A stretch of DNA of 64,000 nucleotides from Octopus bimaculoides (Eukaryota). Location: positions 21,001,485 to 21,065,484 of the forward strand of contig NC_069004.1 of assembly GCF_001194135.2 (NCBI RefSeq), read 5' to 3'. A program made the translations under genes and the position numbers. Numbering within the stretch: the first letter of the stretch is position 1; every line of letters begins with the position of its first letter. Shown here in pieces: positions 11,150 through 23,559 of the stretch. The notes under the pieces are model-generated. The model was not told where the DNA came from and made no database searches. It saw only the letters and a program-made list of their open reading frames with translations.

Positions 11150-13310
11150 TATCCCACTACAGACTGACAGTGAGACAGAGGATAAGATTTCTTTAGCTAG
11201 AAATAGACTCTGACACATCTTGGACCAATATAACAAAACCACTAGAAAACATAATGAGTGGGAGACCCACCAACTCAGTTCAACAGTTATCAAAGGCCTA
11301 TGAAAACTGAAACAGTGGATTAGGAACAAGGAATTAGTGTACCTCCCTACGGACAAGTCTGGTAGAATGTCAGTAGACAGCCCACAGAATTATGTCCAGA
11401 CCATGTAACAACACATCAGTAGCATGAGAGGTTGAACCACAAGAATCTGAAAGAGTAGAAAAACTTCTCAATGCACACATAGGAATGTGGTGCAACATAC
11501 TCCAGCCCAGAAAACGAACCAAAAGAAGTTTCCAAGCATTCAACAACGATGTTCCTACACTATATTATTCAGTGAGATGATACTCACTGAAATGTCACTG
11601 GATGTCTGCGTGAGCATGGAAGGCTTCCTCAATAGAATCAGTAGGTGCAACCACTCCAATGACCTCACAGGTTATGTAGTAGGTAGTATGGATGTGGTTT
11701 CACTTTACCCATCTATAGACATCGATTTTGCTGTGGAAAAATGCATTGAGATTATCTGTGAGAGTAAAGTACAGTTCCGTGAAGTTAACAATAGGGAACT
11801 AGGCCTCCTCCTAAAACTAACCTATGATTGCAACTACTAAGACAACCATGACCTAAGTAGATTCTGCTTCACCACGTTAGAGAAGGGAAGACCACCCACC
11901 GACACCTCAGCAGTGAAGAAAAGCACCACAGAGAGCTGGAGTGGCTAGACCGCACCCACCCAGGACCCTGAGAATGATAATCAGGTGAAAACAATTATTG
12001 TGCATGCTAGAGGAGCTAGCGTGAGAACCACCTTGAAGAACGACATAGTGTAGTTTGACAGGAAACTGTACATGCAGTTTCAAGGTGACTAGCCTCTTCA
12101 TGACATGATGGGACAATCCCTAGCTGAACAATCCACAAAAGTATTGCTTTACTGTAGGTATGTAGATGACATCAATGTTCTAGTTAGGACAAACCCAAGT
12201 AACTGTATTGTAGAAACCAAGAGAAGCATAATGGAGAGCATCCAGCACATAGTTAACTCTATCCACCAAAGTATCAAGGTAACTATAGATTACCCCCCCC
12301 CCCCCACGTCAATAGACAGGCAACCTGTCTATTGATAGGTGCCTGTCTATTGAGAAGCATCCTAACAATAGACTCTCTGTCTTTGATACTGAACTTTGGT
12401 TAGAGATTTTAAACAACAGAGTGTAGCTCCTCTACTCCTATTACATGAAACCCATGGTTTCTAAATACGTTATTCAGAAGAACTCAGCCTTGTCACACGA
12501 TATGAAAATTAGCACACTGATAGCAGACCTAGTTAAGATAATGAATAACATGTCCCCACTATGCGAACCATATGAAACCAGGAAACATACAGAACTTCAT
12601 GCACCACATGCAATTTTCTGAATATGACCAGAAAGATAGGCTTCATGTATACAGGGGAGCTAGAAAGAACTTAGATAACATATGTAATGGAGCCAGTGAT
12701 ACCCATACTAGATAGAGAGGTAAAGACTGGTATAGTATACAGAGGGTTTTTAACAAAGCAAACAGAGTGAACACATGGTACAGGGCAGACAAATATCAAA
12801 GAGTGATGTTTGTAGAGACCACATCTTATGGAAAATTAGCCCATAGATTTAGGAAGGCTCTGAAAGAGACCAAAAACATTAAGATCATTGAGAAGCCAGG
12901 GAGCTCCAACAGATCGCAGCTATGTAGGATGTACTCCTTTGAAAATACCACATGCACTAATGAGAACTGTGTAATATGTAAGAATAACGCTGGCATTAAC
13001 TGTTAAGCTAGAAATGTAGTCTACAACATAAGGTGCATAGAAGATACTTGTAAGGACAAAAACATGGCATACATTGGAGAGACCTCTAGAAGTATAGAAA
13101 AGAGAATAAACAGACACTTGAGGCAATATGATGACAAAAACACAGTCCTCCATATTCTATCAACATGCCAAAGACCAACATAGCAGCACACTGGGCTGAC
13201 TTGACATCCACATTTTATTCAAGCACCCAAAGGATACATCACTCAAACAAATTCAAGAGTACATCCTCATAAATGAAACATCCTCCATTCTAAATAGGAA
13301 ATAGATGTAG
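11150..13310 (+). mobile_element. Second Penelope-like element (degenerate RT + Zn-linker + GIY-YIG), a different family from 1195-4599
   Basis: ELVYLPTDKSGRMSV, VGSMDVVSLYPSID, YCRYVDDINVLV, YMKPMVSKYVIQKNSALS, CTNENCVIC, C*ARNVVYNIRC...AYIGETSRSIEKRINRH; many frameshifts and stops. Confidence 0.85.
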
Positions 13311-13329
13311 AAGATAGAGATATACCAAT

Positions 13330-13765
13330 ACCTACATAGAATATACATACACAAGTACATTTGCTAATAGGCAGTTAAGTAGGTAAATAAATGGGTAGGT
13401 AAATAGATATGTATGTAAAGAGATAGATACATTGATAGGTAGGTAATATTACATAGGTAATACAGACAGATAAGAACACACACACACACACACACAAAAG
13501 GAGACGGAAACACATGACCTCATATACACACACTCCATACACATGCATAAACACAAAGACACACATGGAGACACACATCCATAACAAATGCACATACAAA
13601 ATCACACAAACTCATCCACATATACACACTCAAGGAAGCAGAGCTACACACAAATGCATACACACACACACACACACATGAATATGCAGAATATATACAT
13701 ACAAGCATACATACACACACACACTCACACACGCATGCTGGCATGTACACACATGCACGCAATAG
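13330..13765. repeat. CA/TA-rich simple-repeat tract
   Basis: Visible directly. Confidence 0.85.
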
Positions 13766-14119
13766 AATCTCAAACAGGTAAAAGGAATGCAGTTCCGGTA
13801 ATGGACAGAGTCAATATCCATGGACAAAGTTGCAAAAGCAACAAACATTTTTGGAAGACATGAAAAGAAATGGGTAGAAATTGAACTGGTGCATGTGTTA
13901 CATATTAAGGCAGTTTGACTCTCCCCAGACACAATAAAAATTTGTTTCAACATACAAATTCATAGAAAGAATCTTTTAAACCAGATACAAAAATGAAATA
14001 TTTTCTGGTGTCTAATTGTTGAATATTGTTAACCAGATTCTTTTAATACTGAGTGTTTTATTGATAACTGCCAGGATATTTTAAAACCTTTTCCTTATAA
14101 AAATATATCTTTTATATTT

Positions 14120-14395
14120 TACTTGTTTCAGTCATTAGACTGCAGCAATGCTGCGACACTGCCTTGAAAAATTTTAGTCAAATGAATTGATCCCCATACT
14201 TATATTTGTAAGCCTTGTTCCTATTCTGTTGGTCTCTTGCCAAACCATTAAGTTATGAGGACATAAACACATCAACACCAGTTGTCAAGCTGTGGTGGGG
14301 GACAAACATAGACACAAAGACACTCATATATATGTGTATGCATACACACACACACTCACACACACATATATATACATATATGTGTCGATAAGCCA
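14120..14395 (-). mobile_element. SINE family A tail + microsatellite
   Basis: cttgtttcagtcattagactgcagc...gttgtcaagc...gggacaaac followed by (CA/TA)n. Confidence 0.7.
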
Positions 14396-14725
14396 GCTGG
14401 AGGAGATGTCCTCCTGGGGCTAAAAGCAACAGTAACATCCACCCCTAGGGGTCAGCCACACTTAAGTGGCAATATACTACACTTTATCGTGCAGTTACTG
14501 TTAATACTTCATTTAGAGAATTAACATTGCTTGTTTTCACCTTTNNNNNNNNNNNNNNNNNNNNNNNNNNNNNNNNNNNNNNNNNNNNNNNNNNNNNNNN
14601 NNNNNNNNNNNNNNNNNNNNNNNNNNNNNNNNNNNNNNNNNNNNNNNNNNNNNNNNNNNNNNNNNNNNNNNNNNNNNNNNNNNNNNNNNNNNNNNNNNNN
14701 NNNNNNNNNNNNNNNNNNNNNNNNN

Positions 14726-14762
<37 letters not shown>

Positions 14763-14782
14763 TACACATACGTATGTATATT

Positions 14783-15343
14783 CAGTCATGACTGCTTTTG
14801 ATCTTCTGTGTGTAAACAAGGCACAAGTTTTGCTGCAACTCTTTTTATTCACAATTCCTCGCTCAAAACTTCTGGGCAGAAGCTCCATGACACACCAGTC
14901 ATATCAACAAATTCCTCAATTGTTCGGTAATGGTCAATGAATTTTCATGTTTTCATTTGCGTGGGAGGTCTACAGTCATCCTGAACGAGGTTGGTCTTCA
15001 AGCTACATTTGATCATTCCTAAAGCACGGAAACACTCATAAACTTGTGTTTTGCTCATGGCAGCATCATTGTAAGCTGTTTAAAGTATGACACCTGTTCC
15101 AGCTGCCATTTTCCCCAGCAGAAAACAGAATTTCATGGAAGCACACTGTTCCGTCGTATCACCTGTTGCAAAAACTGACAAACAAGAGAGAAGCACTGCG
15201 AAACAAAGATGCATCATATGACAGTGTGACTATAACCAACAACACTGGTTGGCAGACTGATGCTCGAGAGTTGTATCAAGTGGCTTCTAGCAGCAGAAGC
15301 TCGAACTATACAGAACATTTCTGGTTACTTTTGGGTACCCTCT

Positions 15344-15347
<4 letters not shown>
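14783..15347 (-). mobile_element. Mariner 5' half (HTH region) with TIR
   Basis: Minus strand reads QCASMKFCFLLGK...AYNDAAMSKTQVYE...LEDQPRSG; TIR-like gcgagagggtacccaaaagtaaccagaaa next to a TA run. Confidence 0.75.
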
Positions 15348-15359
<12 letters not shown>

Positions 15360-15380
<21 letters not shown>

Positions 15381-15520
15381 GGCTTCTTTTAGTTTCTATC
15401 TACCAAATCCACTCACAAGATATTGGTCAGTCTGAGGTTATAGCTGAAAACACTGGCCCAAGATGCCATGCTCAGAACTATGTGGTTAGGAAGCAAACTT
15501 CTTGCCATACACCCACTGTG
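15360..15520 (-). mobile_element. SINE family A tRNA-like head/body
   Basis: tctaccaaatccactcacaag...atgtggttaggaagcaaacttctt, as in other copies. Confidence 0.7.
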
Positions 15521-16700
15521 GAAAGAGTCAAATAACACCCTGCTCCATAAGAAGGGTGATAAAGAAGATATTAAAAAAAAAACTATTGTCACGTATGCTT
15601 CCTGTCTCACTTCTATAAGCTGTTTACAAAGGTCATAGTCATCAGACTATCAAAAGATCTACAGCCAAGAGAGTAAATGGGTTTCCATAAGAACTATATT
15701 TCTATAGATCACTCTAACACAGCTCATAGAACAAACAAATGAATACAAGCTTCCTCAGTATTGCTTTTGTTGATTATGAAGAGGCCATTGAAAGCATGAA
15801 GATGAACACAGTGGTGAAATCTCGAGGCAAAATACATCAAACTGTTCAGAGATGCAAACTGAATGTACAACAGATATAGCTCTGCTATCACCACCAGTAA
15901 GGGTCCTATTTGAGAATGGGTGTCAAGCAAGAAGGCATCATCTTTCCGAAGCACTTTGCTACATATCTACAAATGGTCATCAATGACATTGACTGGTCAG
16001 CTGGCGTGAATATCAATGATGAGCAGCAAACACACCTCTGACTCACGGATGACATTGTACTTATCACTGAAACCACATAGCACCTGCAGACCATGGTGGC
16101 AGAGCTGAACACTCAGTCTTAAAATGAACTGCATGAAAACAAAATGTATGTAGTTGGAAGATGTAGTACAAGGCCAAATAGATGTGAAAAGTGAGGATAT
16201 TGAAGAGGCAATGGAGCATATCTACTAAGAGCACACAGCGAATATGCACCAACATATGGAAGCTGAAATCTCAAAGAAAATAAGGGTAGAATGGAAGGCA
16301 TTTAATTCAATAAAGGATGTGCTCCAAACAAAGCTAGACAGTGCCATATGTACTAGACTATCTTATCTGTGTTCTTCTATGCAAGTGAGAAGTGGGCTAT
16401 AATGTAAAGGGCCATGGAAAGATCCATGCAAGGAATTTCACAAGGAAAGCACATTCAAAATAAGATCATTCAAGAACAGAGCATAGTGAATGATGTGATT
16501 GCAGAGTATCAAAAGTACAAGTTTTGCTAGGCCGTACATGTCACAAGGTTCACAGACAAGTGGACCAGTGCAGTTGCTAAGTGGTATCCAAAAAAAAAAA
16601 AAACAGGAAAAGGTCACTTGCAAAGCCTCTACAATGATGGGAAGATGATTTGGTCAAGCAGTTTGGAACAATCAAGACAAAATTGGAAGCACATTTTGAC
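15520..16700 (+). mobile_element. Old RTE-type LINE RT fragment
   Basis: LLHKKGDKEDIK, LSHFYKLFTKVI, IAFVDYE, RMGVKQ, LTDDIVLI, ...FTDKWTSAVAKWYPK; heavily disabled. Confidence 0.75.
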
Positions 16701-16762
16701 CAGCAGTGTAACAGCATCTGATGGCCTGGTTGATACTATGATATATATGTGTGTTATGTGGT

Positions 16763-17150
16763 TGTTGTTGTTGGCACTCCGTCGCTTACAACGTCGAGGG
16801 TTCCAGTTGATCCGATCAATGGAACAGCCTGCTCGTGAAATTTACGTGCAAGTGGCTGAGCACTCCACAGACACATATACCCTTAACATAGTTCTCGGGG
16901 ATATTCAGTGTGACACAATGTGACAAGGCTGACCCTTTGAATTACAGGCACAACAGAAACAGGAAGTAAGAGTGAGAGAAAGTTGTGGTGAAAGAGTACA
17001 GCAGGGTTCGCCACCATCCCCTGCTGGAGCCTTGTGGAGCTTTAGGTGCTTTCGCTCAATAAACACTCACAATGCCCAGTCTGGGAATCGAAACCGCGAT
17101 CCTATGACCGTGAGTCCGCTGCCCTAACCATTGGGCCATTGCGCCTCCAC
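16763..17150 (-). mobile_element. Full-length young tRNA-derived SINE (family C) with 13-bp TSD
   Basis: Head GGCGCAATGGCCCAATGGTTAGGGCAGCGG (A box) ...GGTTTCGATTCC (B box); 3' hairpin gttccagttgatccgatcaatggaac; (AAC)n tail; TSD tgtgttatgtggt at 16750-16762 and 17151-17163. Confidence 0.9.
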
Positions 17151-17332
17151 TGTGTTATGTGGTAAGGTTTCAACAAATAAAATAACACTTGATCAGCTTT
17201 GTGAGTAAAGATAATGTTATTGTGAAATACAGCTACCCAACCCTAACCCTTACCATTTTTCAAGCTGAGAACAAGACCATTTGTCAGTTGCTTTATAAGC
17301 AGATGATGCTAACAAGGTACACTAATAAGGAA

Positions 17333-19365
17333 TGTTATAACTTTACACCTCCAATATCGTAGTATGGTTGATATTGTTGATGATAGATAAAGAATACAGT
17401 GTAACAGTATTATAACAATACAAAATAGAAACAGCGGCAGTAACAAACATGTAACAAAATAACGTTCTTTTACAAACCAACAATCAATATTTCCAACACA
17501 CTAACTTGAACTGTAAACTGTTACCTGGACTTCAGAGACCAAACTACAAACTGCTGACTACGCCAGACCTCTACTATTTATATGTAGTAAACCTATCTAT
17601 TCTCGTCACAGGGTGTTGTTCTCTCACCACAACATCTCCCCTTTTGAGATTTCGAGTTGCAAAGGAATAAAGAAATTTTATTTATTTATTTATTATTATT
17701 TTCTAGTATCTTTTTCACTTGGGCCTTATGTCAAGGTGTCCGGTCTGCTTCCGTTTTCTCATACTGGTTCTACGGGACTTCATTACTTTTAGTGTTGGGA
17801 CATCAAATGCATCAAAAGATACTTCCATAGGAATTTCTCTTCGTTCTTTGGTATGTCTCTTCTTTAGCTGATTTATGTGTCTCTTATGTTCCCAGTGTGG
17901 TCCTTTAATTAGATACATCATACTTCCTAGTTTTTTTGGTTACAAGTCCATCCTCCCAGCCTTCTTTACCATTTCTATAGGTTTTAAAATGCACTTTATC
18001 TCCTACTTCAAAATATTTCATTGCATCTTTCATATTTTTGTTACATCTTTTTTACAGGCAATAACTTATCAAAAATCGATTTTATTCTTCTTGTAAACAT
18101 CAACTCTGTGGGTGACTTTCCTGAATTTGTACTTGGATTGGAGGTTACTTTATATACCTTTAATAATTTTGTTAGTGCTTTGTCGTTACTTAATTCATTC
18201 CTAGCCTATCTTAATACTCTTTAGAATGTGTCCATGAATCTTTTTACCTACCCATTTGACCTCAAGTGGTAGGGTGGAATGAAAATATGCTTTATCATAT
18301 GCATTTTACAGAAGTTCTTGAATTCATACCTCTAGAATTGCGTTCCATTATCAGAAACTAACATGTCTGGAACACTGTAGCATGTAAACAATTCATATAA
18401 GAACTTTATAGTTGTCTTAGCACTTGGTCTATTGCTCCTGCATACCTCTGGCCACTTTGTACAGCTGTATACTGTGATTAGATAATAAGCGCTGTCCACC
18501 AGTACAGCAGAGTTGATATGTAACCTAGACCATGGGTTCTCAGTCTCTGGCTATGATGGATATTTTATTGGTGGCACTTTGGGCCGCAAACGCACAGCCT
18601 CAACTAGTTCTCACCACATTTTCGATATCCCAGTTCATCATCAGCCAATAGACATAGCTCATCAGAACTTTTATCTTTGACATTCCCGGATGTCTGTTGT
18701 GGAATTGCTGCAATACATGTCTTTATAATGTAGTCAGTACTACAACTCTTTGTACATACATCAGAATATTGTCGCATATTGAGAGACTACTCAAATTTAT
18801 ATTTTTATTCTGCTTTCAGGTTTACATTTTTTAACATTCTTCTGCAATGGTCTGAAGGGTTAAGTCTTGGTTCACTTGCTCCATTTTTGAGAGAATCCTT
18901 GCCCAAATTTCTCTATCTTTGGTTGCCGTAAGGCCTTGTACGAAGATAAGAGATTTAAACATATCCTGAGTGAGTTTCTGAAGTTTCTCTTGAAGGTGTA
19001 TTACTGCAGGTTCTCCATAATTTTACAATTTGTATGATGCACAAATTGTCAAATAACCTACATGAGATTCGAAAAATCCTCATCACCAGATGTTATATCC
19101 TTATGCCTCCAATATCGTAGTATAGTTGATATCATCAACAATAGATATAGAATATACTGTAACAGTGTTATAACAATACAAAATAGAAACAGTGGCAATA
19201 ACAAACATGTAACGAACCAACAATCAATATTTCCAACACACTAACTCAAACTGTAAACTGTACCTGGACTTCAAAGACCAAACTACAAACTGCCCATCAG
19301 ACCACTACTGTTTAAATGTAGTGGTTCCATCTATTCTTATCAGAGGGTGTCGTACTCTCACCACA
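17333..19365 (-). mobile_element. Internally deleted Ty3/Gypsy (Mag-like) LTR retrotransposon
   Basis: LTRs at 17333-~17634 and 19091-19365 (TG...CA); 5-bp TSD aggaa (17328-17332, 19366-19370); PPT aaaaggggaga (minus) next to the left LTR; PBS TGGTGATGAGGAT (19076-19088); integrase remnants PWSRLHI, KWPEV, VPDMLVSDNGTQF; no RT or RNase H visible. Confidence 0.9.
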
Positions 19366-20039
19366 AGGAAGAAGACAGAAATGAAAACACAGGAGAGATA
19401 ACCAACTTTACAATAAACAAAAGTCAAAAGGATGCAAGCAAAATATTAATGGTTTACAATGAGTCCAGAGGCCTATTTTTAAATTCCACCTTAATGTATT
19501 TCTTAAAATGCAGACATAAAGAAAAAGTCCTGTTCTTGGAATTTACTTAGTCATTGGAGGCCCTCAAGTTCTTTAAGAGATATAGTTTTTCAAAAGAACA
19601 TACTGAACATCTTTTTGACCCACCCACTCTGCTGGATGGTTGGTGTTAGGAAGGGCATCCAGCTGTAAAAATCTTGCTAAAACAGTCACGGAAGTCTAGT
19701 GGAAGCTTCTGCCTGGTCAGCTTCTGTCAAACTGTCCCACGGATGCCAGCATGGAAGGCGGATGATAAATGATGATAATATAGGGTTTGGTTCTGAAAAG
19801 ATGTCACAGTTGGTCCCTTTGTCTTTAAGCTTCCAGATTAAAGTTGTGTGAAGTTATGATTACCAGGAAGTGGTGGATGGAATCAACTTCTCTCTTCCTA
19901 CTTTTGCTTTCCTTCATCTTCAAAAATTACCTGTCTCTTAATTAATTCTGTATACGACACCCACTCATAATCTTTAATTTTAATCTTAATGCATTGGACA
20001 AAATGTTTAGTGGATTTTCTTATGACACTTTATGTTCTT

Positions 20040-20420
20040 TGCTCAAATATCACTGAGTTCAACTTTGCCTTTCATCCTTTTGCAGTCAATAGAATAAGTA
20101 CCATTTGATGTAATCAACTTTCCCTGCTCCTAAAAATTGCCGGTCTTCTGCCAAAATTAGAAAGAAGGTTTGACAAGGATCTGATGGATCCTTCCCCCAG
20201 GGCTAGTTTTGGCGTGGTTTCTACAGTTAGATGCCCTTCCTAATATCAACTACTTTACAGTGTGCACTAGGTGCCTTTTTTCATGCCCTGCTGAGGTCAA
20301 CTTTGTCTTTTAAGCTTTGTAGGAGGGATCAATAAAGTACCTGTCAAGTACTGGGGTAGATGTAGTTGACTATACTCCGACTCCTCAAAGTTGCCAGCCT
20401 TGTGCTAAAATTAGAAAGAA
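20040..20420 (+). mobile_element. Two degenerate SINE family B fragments
   Basis: Core gttcaactttgcctttcatccttt(cggggtc)...aataagtacc repeated at about 20057 and 20295. Confidence 0.65.
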
Positions 20421-20449
20421 TTATTATTATTATCAATATTACTATTACT

Positions 20450-20705
20450 GTGGGGACGCATGGCCTAGCAGTTAGAGTGTTGCACTCATGATCACAAGAT
20501 CATGGTTTCAATTCCTAATCAGGGTGGTGTATTGTGTGCTTGAAAAATACATTTCAAGTCACTGACACCTGACGCATGGTACACCTTGCATCTGTTTAGG
20601 CAATGTTGATTTGAGGGAGTGAGCTAATGTACAGCACATACATTTGATCGCTAGAAACAAACCATTTGTGCAGGTCTTTCGGCAAAAGCTGAACACTCAT
20701 TTGTC
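20450..20705 (+). mobile_element. Degenerate tRNA-derived SINE
   Basis: ggggacgcatggcctagcagttagagtgttgcactc...ggtttcaattcc, A/B box-like head. Confidence 0.6.
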
Positions 20706-20712
20706 TTCTTCA

Positions 20713-20749
<37 letters not shown>

Positions 20750-20751
<2 letters not shown>

Positions 20752-20960
20752 GGGTGACAAGCTGGCAGTAACATTAGCATGCCTGACAAACTGCTTAGTG
20801 GCATTTCATCCATCCTCACATTCTGAGTTCAAATTCTGCAGAGGTCAACTTTGCCTTTTATCCTTTTGGGGGTCAATAAATTATATACCAGTGAAACACT
20901 GGGGCCAGTGTAATCAACTAGGCCCCCTCCCTTATGCCTATAGTAGAAAGGATAATAATA

Positions 20961-21016
<56 letters not shown>
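20750..21016 (+). mobile_element. SINE family B followed by (ATT)n
   Basis: gacaagctggcag...ttctgagttcaaattctgcagaggtcaactttgcctttt...; (ATT)n at 20953-21016. Confidence 0.75.
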
Positions 21017-21017
<1 letters not shown>

Positions 21018-22925
21018 TTCTTTGATAGTTCATGTGACTCTGTATTGCACCACCTGGTGACCTCCATGTTCCTGACATGTGTGAAGCATTGTATGTCATT
21101 TTTGTTGAAGGTACTGTATCAGTTTGTTATGTTATGGGGTTTAACCTGCTGTTTCTTGTTTGTTCAATTATGTGTAGTATGTGAATTGTGTCATTTTATT
21201 GGGTATTAATCTTACAGAGTATACAGTACTGTGCAAAAGTCTTCGGTCACTTCAAACTGTTGTAAATTTCTATTAATTGCCAACTTATAAGCAGATGTTT
21301 TGTATTGAGTTTTTACAGACGAAACATTGTCCCTGTAGGAGCCATTTCCATACCTAATTGTTATATTTTGTAGTAGGGGTTCTGAATGAGAGACGACCAC
21401 CAAAAGTGGTTATGCAAAAGTTTTCAGCCACCTCACATAAACTAATCAAGATACATTGTTTTAAAACAGAAAAATGTCTATAATGCAAATTTATTACATA
21501 TTCATTTCAAGAAGTTACTGTACATTGTTCATATTTCGTGTGGATTCCCATAGCTTGAATAATTGCTTCAATGAGCAGGGAAGAGATGTGTATAAATCCT
21601 TCACCATCTTCACAGGTATGAGATACCATTCTCTGTGGCAGAGCTCCCACAACTCTTCAAAATTGCATGGATTCTTCTCTTTAGTTCTGTCCACATTTAC
21701 TCAATGATATTTAAGTCAGGGCTCTGTGCTGGTCAATCTTTCAATACGGTAACACCTTCATTAGTCAGACTGTTGTGTTGCATGCAATCTGTGGCATGGA
21801 GCTCCATTATACTGAAAAATCTCACCTTCACCCAAGTCTGGTGTCAAATTGTCCTTCAGCTGCATGTATTTGGTACTATTCAAGTTACCGCCAATTTTAA
21901 CCAACTTTCTTGAACCATCACTTTTTACATATCCCCAAAGCATCAGACTCCTACCCGCCAAATTTCACCATTTTCATCGTGTAACATGAGTCGTTTAGCT
22001 TTCTAATAAGCAAGAATTTGTCAAAAGGCCTCCAGGAAAGTGAAAACAGTGAAACTTGTGATGGTTCAAGAAAGTTAACTAGAATTGACAGTAACTTGAA
22101 TAGCACCAAACACATCCGATTGCTGAAGGACAATTTGATACCAGACTTGGATGAAGATGAAATTTTTTCAGCATGACAAAGCTCCATGCCACAGATAGAG
22201 TACAACACAACAGAGTCTGGATGATGAAGGTGTTACCATTTTGAAAGACTGGCCAGTTCAGAGCCTTGACATAAATATCATTGAGCAAATGTGGACAGAA
22301 CTAAAGAGAAGAGTTTGTCAGAAGAATCTATGCAATCTTGAAGAGTTGTGGGAGTTCAGCCACAGAGAATGGTATCCCATACCTATGAAGATGGTGAAGG
22401 ATTTGTACACATCTCTTCCCAGGTGCACTGGAGCAATTTTCAAGCTATGGGAAGCCACACAAAATATTAAAAATGTACAGTAACTTCTTGAAATATTAAT
22501 AATGTACAGTAACTTTAAGTAATAAATTTTCATTATAGACATTGTTGCAAAGCCATTTTTGGTGGTCGTCTCGCATCTTCCTCTTTCATCCAGAACCCCT
22601 ACTACAAAATATAATGATTAGGTACAGAAATGACTCCAACAGAGCCAATGTTTCATCTGTAAAAAACACAACATGACACATTATGGCAATTAGTAGAAAT
22701 TTAAAATGGTTTAAAGTGACCAAAGACTTTTGCACGGTACTGTATGTTGCATAAGTTGTGCTGTTTATTTAGTAAATGCTTCTTGTAGAGAGTGTGTGCT
22801 CTGTGTGAAGATTGTTCTAAGGAAGATGTGGGCTGCTCCAAGTAGTACTATTTTTGGACAGTATGTAATACTGTGAGCCCTGGTATGGATTCTATGTTTT
22901 TGTTGTATCAGTTTAGCTTAATGGT
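21017..22925 (-). mobile_element. R4/Dong-like LINE 3' end remnant (split by the Tc1 fold-back)
   Basis: Minus strand 22790-22895 reads IESIPGLTVLHTVQK / KIVLLGAAHIFLRTIF (one frameshift), like RLE-LINE C-termini; the presumed 3' UTR continues left of the Tc1 into (TAA)n. Confidence 0.45.
21224..22742. mobile_element. Palindromic (fold-back) Tc1 derivative made of two transposase 3' halves
   Basis: TA-cagtactgtgcaaaagtctt ... aagacttttgcacggtactg-TA; arms 21224-21921 and 22058-22742 are reverse complements; both encode GNLNS..Y..L.DNL, FQ..APCH, WPVQSLDINIIEQMW. Confidence 0.9.
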
Positions 22926-22949
22926 AAAGCACTCTGCTGGTATCTTGGG

Positions 22950-23165
22950 GGACGTGGGTGAGCTGGCAGAATCATTTGCATGCAGGGTAAAAGGTTTAGC
23001 AATGTGTCATCCATCTTCACTTTTCAAGTTCAAATTCCATCAAGGTCAACTTTGTCTACCATCCTTCTCGGGTCGATATAATCAGTACTAGTTGAACACA
23101 AGGGTTGATGTAATTGACTAATCTCCTCCCCAAATTTGCTGCCCTTGTGGCAAAATTTGAAATCA
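22950..23165 (+). mobile_element. SINE family B, degenerate
   Basis: gtgagctggcagaatc...gttcaaattccatcaaggtcaactttgtctaccatccttctcgggtcgat. Confidence 0.7.
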
Positions 23166-23559
23166 TTAACATTATTATTATTATTATTAGGCTCTCATAG
23201 TGTGAAGATTTCACTTTTGTTTCTCACTTTGGAATAATCTTTTCAAGTATTACCAAGTGAAATTTTCTTTGGAGTACTTGTACAAAGAACTATAATGACC
23301 TAAAAAAGAAGGCTTATCCTTAATACTCAGGTTGTGGGGTGGTAAGCATATAAATATGGTTTGTTTCACACACTTTACAAATTTTATTTCTATACCTTAC
23401 ATTTTCACATCCAAATTGGCTACCACATAAAATTATGCTAAACACTACAATAGAAAAAGAAGGAAAATAAATCAGAAAATCAAAACACAACTGAATGTAC
23501 AAGAGGATGATGAAAATGAACACATAGAAATAAATAATGAACAGAAGAAAATACTCATT

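Noticed and set aside
16990-17150. tRNA-like heads (also at 20450, 24385 and others) as tRNA genes
   Set aside because: They lack a complete cloverleaf and acceptor stem and continue into SINE bodies with TSDs.
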